DNA from: an uncultured bacterium
GTDB lineage: Bacteria > Bacteroidota > Bacteroidia > Chitinophagales > Chitinophagaceae
Reading direction: 5' to 3'
DNA: 59,421 nucleotides
Assembly: GCA_965652775.1 (NCBI GenBank)
Contig: CBFGXP010000001.1
Coordinates: 1-59,421, forward strand
In this document: positions 53,882-59,421 of the stretch, one piece after another
Numbering within the stretch: position 1 is the first letter of the stretch
Layout of the letters: every line of letters begins with the position of its first letter
Translations under genes and position numbers: made by a program
Notes under the pieces: model-generated
The model's database searches: none
What the model was told of the DNA's origin: nothing
The model's input: the letters and a program-made list of their open reading frames with translations, nothing else

Positions 53882-54040
53882 TTACCTTTGGCTCAAAGCA
53901 ACCTCTTCAGAGTCTGTTCCGTTTCGTTGGATTGTCTTCACATCTTTATCCATTATCCCATCTTCAATCATTTTAATCCTGCCTTGTAAATTATTTTCCA
54001 TCAGCACCAATAACATTTCAAATGACGCCAGCTCGTCCAT
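53882..54040 (-). CDS. possible 52-aa ORF in an otherwise gene-free stretch (very uncertain)
   Basis: ATG (complement of 54038-54040) to TAA (complement of 53882-53884) encodes MDELASFEMLLVLMENNLQGRIKMIEDGIMDKDVKTIQRNGTDSEEVALSQR. There is no promoter box and no recognised family. Confidence 0.15.
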   Translation of the reverse strand: MDELASFEMLLVLMENNLQGRIKMIEDGIMDKDVKTIQRNGTDSEEVALSQR

Positions 54041-54127
54041 ATTTTCTTCCAATTATCAGAAACCGTTCTCCTGTTAGATTTACCCCCGCGCAAAAACCCG
54101 TTTATAATCAATCTAAATAATACAGTT

Positions 54128-55342
54128 ATGAAACACTTCTATTCACGCCTTTGGCTCCTGGCAATTAAAAAAACTCTATTGGTTCTCATCGTTTTTTTTG
54201 GAGCATCTTATGTTTCCACCGGACAGGTATATTGGGTCAGCCTGTCGGGGCCAGCTGAAGCACCTCCCAACAATTCACCCGGGACAGGAACCGGCCTTAT
54301 TACAATTGATGCTGTTGCCAATACGATGAGGGTCCAAGCCACATTCTCGGGACTAGTGGCTGGTGTGACGGCAGCTCACATCCATGCCCCAACAGCAGTT
54401 GCCGGGACAGGCACTGCAGGTGTGGCAACCACTTTACCCACTTTTACTGGCTTTCCATCTGGGGTAACCGCCGGAACATACGACCAGACATTCAACATGC
54501 TGCTGGCTTCCAGCTACAACCCCACCTATGTTACAAACAATGGCGGCACCACAGCGTCAGCCTTTGCTGCTTTAAGGACAGCTATTGCGGCTGGCAGGGC
54601 TTACCTCAACATTCATTCATCTACGTTTCCCGGTGGTGAGATCAGGGGCTTTCTTAATCTTTGTCCGACTATCAATGTCTCTATCCCGAATGCATTCGCA
54701 TTATCCAGTGGGGTTCTCGCCAACACAGTTTATCCCGCCTACGCGCCTGCATCATCGTTAATGCTACAGGCAAATGTTAGCGGTGGTACCGGACCTTACA
54801 GCTATACCTGGTCCAATGGTGCTACTACTTCTTCGATTACCGTGAGTCCAGCTGCTTCGACGACCTATACTGTTAATGTGCGGGATCAAAACGGCTGCCC
54901 TGGTTCAGCCACAAAAACAGTAAATGTAGTGGATGTTTCGGGTGGTAATAAGGGTGACAAGATCGTTGTTTGTCATAAAGGAAATTCATTGACCATTGGA
55001 CACTCTGGGGTCGCTGATCATCTTTTACACGGGGATATGTTGGGCACTTGTGAACCAGTTACGGCTAGAGTGAGATCTACCATTGTAGATGAAAAAGAAC
55101 TTACAATAAGAGTGTTGGCGAACCCGTCACCTAACCATTTTGACATTCAACTACGCGGTAATGCGGATAGCGATATACGATTAAATGTTTATGATAACCT
55201 GGGCAGACTTGTTGAAAAAAGGTCATCCGTGCAATCCAATCAAACAGTAAGGTTTGGAAGTTCTTATCATACCGGAATCTACCTTGTTGAGATCCTGCAA
55301 GGGTCACACAAGCAAACATTGAAGCTGGTTAAAGTAAACTAG
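54128..55342 (+). CDS. CHRD domain protein with SprB-like repeat and T9SS C-terminal sorting domain
   Basis: AAHIHAP...LNIHSSTFPGGEIRGFL (CHRD), GGTGPYSYTWSNGATT (SprB-type repeat), VVCHKGNSLTIGHSGVADHLLHGDMLGTC, and a C-terminal LANPSPNHFDI...GIYLVEILQG CTD. Confidence 0.8.
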   Translation: MKHFYSRLWLLAIKKTLLVLIVFFGASYVSTGQVYWVSLSGPAEAPPNNSPGTGTGLITIDAVANTMRVQATFSGLVAGVTAAHIHAPTAVAGTGTAGVATTLPTFTGFPSGVTAGTYDQTFNMLLASSYNPTYVTNNGGTTASAFAALRTAIAAGRAYLNIHSSTFPGGEIRGFLNLCPTINVSIPNAFALSSGVLANTVYPAYAPASSLMLQANVSGGTGPYSYTWSNGATTSSITVSPAASTTYTVNVRDQNGCPGSATKTVNVVDVSGGNKGDKIVVCHKGNSLTIGHSGVADHLLHGDMLGTCEPVTARVRSTIVDEKELTIRVLANPSPNHFDIQLRGNADSDIRLNVYDNLGRLVEKRSSVQSNQTVRFGSSYHTGIYLVEILQGSHKQTLKLVKVN

Positions 55343-55360
55343 CGGATAACAAACCAATTT

Positions 55361-55392
55361 AAAAGGCGCCATTTGTTGGCGCCTTTTATTTT
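55361..55392. terminator. bidirectional terminator between the CHRD gene (+) and the VOC gene (-)
   Basis: AAAAGGCGCC (55361-55370) pairs with GGCGCCTTTT (55378-55387). T-runs follow in both orientations. Confidence 0.8.
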
Positions 55393-55482
55393 CTTCTGAA
55401 TCAATTTGTTTTGATTTCAAGGCGGTCTGAGCGAACCCTTTTGTATTTTCCTTTATCTACCGCCAGTTTGTTAGTCGGCCTG

Positions 55483-55863
55483 CTATTCATCCGCAGGTTC
55501 CCACAACTGAATTTTGTTCCCTTCCGCATCTAAAATATGAACGAACTTTCCATAGTCATATGTTTCAATCTTGTCGACGATAGTTACATTTTCTTTTTTT
55601 AATTCTTCAACTAGCGCTTCTAAATTCTCTACCCTGTAGTTTATCATAAAGTCCTTTGTTGAAGGTTCATATAGTTTTGCAGTTTCGGAATTAAGATTCC
55701 ATTGGGTAAGTCCTTTCTTTTTGCCTTCTGCATCCGCGTACCACTCGAAAGATGCTCCATACTGGCCTGCATCGATTCCTAAATGTGTTTTATACCACTC
55801 TTTCATTTTGTTGGGGTCCTTGCATTTAAAAAAGATACCGCCGATCCCTGTTACTTTTTTCAT
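55483..55863 (-). CDS. VOC family protein (glyoxalase-like)
   Basis: 126 aa with GIGGIFFKCKDPNKMKEWY and a C-terminal HILDAEGNKIQLWEP. Its start overlaps the upstream stop (ATGA). Confidence 0.8.
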   Translation of the reverse strand: MKKVTGIGGIFFKCKDPNKMKEWYKTHLGIDAGQYGASFEWYADAEGKKKGLTQWNLNSETAKLYEPSTKDFMINYRVENLEALVEELKKENVTIVDKIETYDYGKFVHILDAEGNKIQLWEPADE

Positions 55864-56417
55864 ATTGTTTGAGTATTAAATTGCTTTACACTATTTTTTC
55901 TTTTTAAGATCAATGCACTGATAAGTGTTACGATCAACCCGACCGGTAAAATTATTGCATAGGTCATCATCGCATTAAAGAATGGATTTTTGTACATCCT
56001 TGCAAAATTTTCCATTTCTTTTGTTTTCTTATCAATTTCTACCTGGCTGGCTCCGCTTGCTTTCATTTCGTCAAGCATGTATGCTGAAGATTTTTCTATA
56101 AAACCGGGGGGCATGAAAAAAAAATAGTCAATAAGCCAGGCAATAACATAAATGGTGGAAGCGATCAAAACCATCATGAGCCCTATTTTAAATGCTTTGC
56201 CAAAACTCATTACACCGTCATTGTATTTGTCCCGGTAATTACGGATGCCAACATACACTATTGAAAAGGCGATGAGCATCGAGGCATAGCCGATCAGCAT
56301 ACTCGTATCGTAATCAACATTGCCTGCACAAAAGCTTACGTAGTGGGTCGTAAAGAGCATTAAAACAGAAACGACAATGCCTCCAATAAGCCCGTAGATG
56401 ATAATATTCTTTGTCAT
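55860..56417 (-). CDS. DUF4199-like polytopic membrane protein
   Basis: 185 aa with the N-terminus IIIYGLIGGIVVSVLM and four or five TM segments. The family assignment is from memory. Confidence 0.6.
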   Translation of the reverse strand: MTKNIIIYGLIGGIVVSVLMLFTTHYVSFCAGNVDYDTSMLIGYASMLIAFSIVYVGIRNYRDKYNDGVMSFGKAFKIGLMMVLIASTIYVIAWLIDYFFFMPPGFIEKSSAYMLDEMKASGASQVEIDKKTKEMENFARMYKNPFFNAMMTYAIILPVGLIVTLISALILKRKNSVKQFNTQTI

Positions 56418-56525
56418 TCTTTTGAGTTTTGTGAAGCAAATGTCATTATTGCACAGCTTTTTGCGGTCATACTTTCGGCTATTTTTTTGTTGTGCCGTTT
56501 ATTTTCATACCAAAGTATGAGATTT

Positions 56526-57020
56526 TTAAGGAATGAGATTTAACCTTCTTGCTTTTTCAACGGCCTGTATCCGTCTTTTCACATCTAATTTTTCAAAAAG
56601 GTTTTGAATGTGAGTTTTGACGGTGCTTAACGAAACGAAAAGTTTTGCGGCAATCTCCTGGTTGCTGTGTCCCTGGGCCAGGAGACCCAGTATTTCTAAT
56701 TCCCGCTTGCTAAGTTCAAGTTGGGCGACAAGTGATTCATTCAGCACAAAGTTTTCATTTTTTGTTACATACACTTCTTTTTCTACCACTACGGTTTCAA
56801 TTTTTGGCTTTGAAAGTTTTACCGCAAGCCATATACCCAATGCAGTAAAAATAATCGCGATAAAACCTATGTAGATTTCAAATGAATGGTCAAATATTAT
56901 AAACCGAAGTTCTAACCATTTGAGAAGAAACAGCAGAAAAGCCAAACTGATACTATAAATTATAGTTGCTTTATTCCTTAGCAAAAAGTTTTTGTTATCT
57001 GTCATAGTATAAATATTCAT
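56526..57020 (-). CDS. membrane-anchored LuxR-family HTH transcriptional regulator (no receiver domain)
   Basis: Two N-terminal TM segments, then LSKRELEILGLLAQGHSNQEIAAKLFVSLSTVKTHIQNLFEKL (LuxR/GerE HTH). Confidence 0.8.
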   Translation of the reverse strand: MNIYTMTDNKNFLLRNKATIIYSISLAFLLFLLKWLELRFIIFDHSFEIYIGFIAIIFTALGIWLAVKLSKPKIETVVVEKEVYVTKNENFVLNESLVAQLELSKRELEILGLLAQGHSNQEIAAKLFVSLSTVKTHIQNLFEKLDVKRRIQAVEKARRLNLIP

Positions 57021-57261
57021 GATTTGCAGTTACGTTCAAGATAGTTTTGGCGCTATAGGATTGCGGCTCAAAGCCTGCATGTTGCCGACCTATCAATTTC
57101 AGAAATCTTCAGGCGGAGATCGCCGAATCATTCTGCTTTGCACAGTTTGTTCTCCAGAAAGTTAATGATTTTAAATTATCCCGATTTTCCTCCAAATGAC
57201 CTATGAAGGAAAGAAATTGATACCAATAATTGTAGTTACGGAAGAAAACTTCTCGCAAAAG

Positions 57262-57297
57262 CGCAAAGTTTAATTGAGACTCTAAGAAAACTTTGCG
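57262..57297. repeat. 10-bp perfect inverted repeat (terminator or operator candidate)
   Basis: CGCAAAGTTT (57262-57271) pairs with AAACTTTGCG (57288-57297) around a 16-nt loop. It lies 30 nt beyond the stop of the DHFR-like gene and about 240 nt upstream of the LuxR-type gene. Confidence 0.45.
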
Positions 57298-57326
57298 TGT
57301 TGCTTAGCTATCGGATTTATTTCTCC

Positions 57327-57923
57327 TTAAACACCTACGGTACCGGTCCTGACTTTTCCGGCTCGTGTGTAATAAGCAATGATCACTCCCGTTGTTGTAA
57401 CGGTACTTTCTATTAATGTAAATGTCGCAGGGATCGGGCCATTGTCAAATAATTTTTTCCCTTTGCCAAGAATCAACGGGTGAATTTTAAGCCGGAGTTC
57501 ATCTACCAGATCATTCTTCAGTAACAGCTGAATGAGTTGACTACTGCCCCAAACGTGGATGTCAGATCCTTTTGACTTTTTAAGCTTTTTAATATCTGCA
57601 AGGCTTTTGAGGAATACTGAGTTTTTCCAATCCGTCTTTTTCCGGGTATTAGACAGAACGTATTTTGTGCCATCATTTATACCTGGCCAATAGTCTGCGT
57701 GTTTAGGCCAATAACCTTCCCAGATCTCAAATGTTTTTCTTCCCAGGAGATAATCTGCAGGTTCTTGCAGTTCTTTTTGCACCACTCCACCATAAGCTTC
57801 GTCACCATACGGTTCCGTCCACCCACCATATTTGAAACCGCCTGATCTATCTTCCTTAGGACTACCTGGTGCTTGCATTACTCCATCTAAGGTAATCATC
57901 GATAAAACAATTATTTTTCTCAT
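57327..57923 (-). CDS. dihydrofolate reductase family protein (RibD C-terminal domain-like)
   Basis: 198 aa with the MRKIIVLSMITLDGV N-terminus typical of the RibD_C/DHFR-like family. Confidence 0.8.
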   Translation of the reverse strand: MRKIIVLSMITLDGVMQAPGSPKEDRSGGFKYGGWTEPYGDEAYGGVVQKELQEPADYLLGRKTFEIWEGYWPKHADYWPGINDGTKYVLSNTRKKTDWKNSVFLKSLADIKKLKKSKGSDIHVWGSSQLIQLLLKNDLVDELRLKIHPLILGKGKKLFDNGPIPATFTLIESTVTTTGVIIAYYTRAGKVRTGTVGV

Positions 57924-58054
57924 ATTGTATTATTGTTTTACAAATCTCGATAGAAAAGACGGTGGCATTGTTATGTAAATGCGACGATCATAGTGGCCGA
58001 ACACGGAGACTATGGAAGAAAATAAGAGCGGCAGAGGTTTCAACAGATAATTTC

Positions 58055-58609
58055 TCATTTTTTTGTACGCTCATAAAAAAGGAATACTGCACCGCAGCCA
58101 AATGTTTTTGTTTTTAAGAGTTTAAGATCGATTCTATCCTTAATGTTTTTAAATAATGTTAACCCGCTTCCTAAAACGGTTGGCTGAACGCCCAGCTGGA
58201 ATTCATCAATTAAATCAAGTTTAGCGAGGGCAACAATTAAACCTGGGCTGCCAACAAAAATATTTTTACCTGTTTGCTGCTTGAGTTCTAAAATTTCCTC
58301 TTTATTGATTTCCTTTTTTAATATTGAATTTTTCCAAACAACATTTTTCAGCGTGCGAGAATAAACAATCTTTGGAATATCGTCTATCAGCACTGCAAAG
58401 TCATCCGTTGGTTTGTTGCCTGTCGGATTTTTTACGACAGTTGGCCAATAGCTTTCCATAAGCTGATAGGTTATCCTTCCATATATGAGCGTACCTGCAT
58501 TTCTTAACATATCACTATAATGTTCATGTATTTCATCATCGGCGCTCATTGCAGTGTGGTCGCAAAACCCATCAAGGGACATATTCATTGCTGCGATTAG
58601 TTTTCTCAT
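58055..58609 (-). CDS. dihydrofolate reductase family protein (RibD C-terminal domain-like), paralog
   Basis: 184 aa with MRKLIAAMNMSLDGF and YGRITYQLMESYW. Confidence 0.8.
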   Translation of the reverse strand: MRKLIAAMNMSLDGFCDHTAMSADDEIHEHYSDMLRNAGTLIYGRITYQLMESYWPTVVKNPTGNKPTDDFAVLIDDIPKIVYSRTLKNVVWKNSILKKEINKEEILELKQQTGKNIFVGSPGLIVALAKLDLIDEFQLGVQPTVLGSGLTLFKNIKDRIDLKLLKTKTFGCGAVFLFYERTKK

Positions 58610-58713
58610 ATTTTGTTTTTATCCCGATAGCAATCGGAAGTGATTGTGCTTTTTTCTGAACATTTGTTTTAAAAACTTCAACCATTTGTTGAATACTGTC
58701 TATTCTCAATTAT

Positions 58714-59154
58714 TCATTGGCCTACTTCTTTATTTGTAGCCTCAACCCCATATCGTATGGCCGCCTGAAGTATATCAGTGTTTATATCTTTCAGTGCTTT
58801 GAACCTAATGCAATACCCGGTCACGCTGGCCTTACCTAATTTTTTCCCGTATGCCTGGGCTAAGTATTGTTTATCTTTTATACCCATTACGTATACAGAG
58901 ATCCCTGTTGTATTTGCACTCAAACCAATTTGATAAAATTCCCTGGTTGTTCCATCAGCATATTTTATGGTATAAGATCCATATCCAATATTAGGATTAG
59001 AAACGATTTTGCCCCCGCTGTCTTTGCCATCGAGGAACCATAATTTACATTTTGGCATTACTTGCATAATGTTTCCGTGCAACGCTTGCATGTCGTTGCG
59101 TTTTGGTTCAGGTTGGCTGGTAATATACTCTTTGATTTGTTCTTGAACATTCAT
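58714..59154 (-). CDS. DUF1801 (YdhG-like) domain protein
   Basis: 146 aa with YITSQPEPKRNDMQALH...IGYGSY. The pattern is recalled from the DUF1801 family. Confidence 0.65.
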   Translation of the reverse strand: MNVQEQIKEYITSQPEPKRNDMQALHGNIMQVMPKCKLWFLDGKDSGGKIVSNPNIGYGSYTIKYADGTTREFYQIGLSANTTGISVYVMGIKDKQYLAQAYGKKLGKASVTGYCIRFKALKDINTDILQAAIRYGVEATNKEVGQ

Positions 59155-59178
59155 TCTTACTTCAATTTAAAAAGTAAA

Positions 59179-59421
59179 TTATTTTTTTGATAGCGCTGCC
59201 AACAGGTTTTCCAAATTGTTCATTGACATCTTAAATCCTTCTGTGAATCCCATTTCAATCATTTTCTCCATACGGGCAAGGGATTCATTATAAATCGTAA
59301 TACTGACTTTTGTTTTTCCATCTTGTTCGCTAAAAGTGTAATCCCAATCCGAACCAGGCAATTCAGGGTTTTCATCTTTGTCTGCAAAAGCATTAAACAT
59401 TTTGAAGTTGGTTTTTGGGCT
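59179..59421 (-). CDS. SRPBCC (AHSA1-like) protein, C-terminal part; 5' end lies outside the window
   Basis: The ORF is open to the window edge. The C-terminal [17 protein letters not shown] is typical of AHSA1-type SRPBCC proteins. Confidence 0.6.
   Translation of the reverse strand, partial: SPKTNFKMFNAFADKDENPELPGSDWDYTFSEQDGKTKVSITIYNESLARMEKMIEMGFTEGFKMSMNNLENLLAALSKK

Noticed and set aside
1-59421. Search by eye for tRNA, rRNA, tmRNA, transposase, integrase or phage genes
   Set aside because: I saw no GTTCGAATC-type T-arm motifs with matching acceptor stems, no rRNA-like segments, and no ORF with DDE, tyrosine or serine recombinase motifs.

Overview
59.4-kb, tightly packed chromosomal segment from a low-GC Bacteroidota genome, probably Chitinophagia/Sphingobacteriia-like. 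Evidence for the phylum: fused SecDF, two proteins with T9SS C-terminal sorting domains, and TAnnTTTG -7 boxes upstream of several genes. I support about 56 protein genes. Most are housekeeping: secDF, glnS, ribD, prmC, pepT, fmt, ispD, clpC, rnz, exbBD, an IscA-like protein, an aminotransferase, a glycerate kinase/GntP pair, a GH20 hexosaminidase and a NamZ-like DUF1343 protein. There is also one 1912-aa FG-GAP/IPT surface protein, and a right-hand block (about 49.5-59.4 kb) of small accessory, stress or detox-type genes: Cys-rich secreted peptides, sulfatase, GNAT, 2 SRPBCC, 2 VOC, 2 RibD_C/DHFR-like, DUF1801, a CHRD-T9SS protein and a membrane LuxR-type regulator. I found no rRNA, tRNA, CRISPR array, transposase or integrase. 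No canonical defence or mobile system is recognisable. The most unusual content is non-genic: several families of dispersed, heptamer-periodic inverted-repeat elements. One family (T[C/G]AATGG arrays) shares exact 15-mers, travels with a GTGCGWCGCAA box, and has one copy inserted in frame in the fmt interdomain linker. There is also a G/C-rich CCCCTAAAGGGG-type palindrome. Other candidates for follow-up are a two-gene Cys-rich secreted module including a (CDPKN)5 pentapeptide-repeat protein, a DUF4407 coiled-coil membrane protein coupled to an M23 peptidase, a membrane LuxR/DUF4199/VOC operon, an unannotated 50-aa K/N/Q-rich ORF with its own promoter box and terminator, and a 566-bp gene-free stretch next to a G+C-rich patch. 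All functional calls rest on motif and family recognition by eye. No searches were run, and DUF-level names are recollections that need HMM confirmation.
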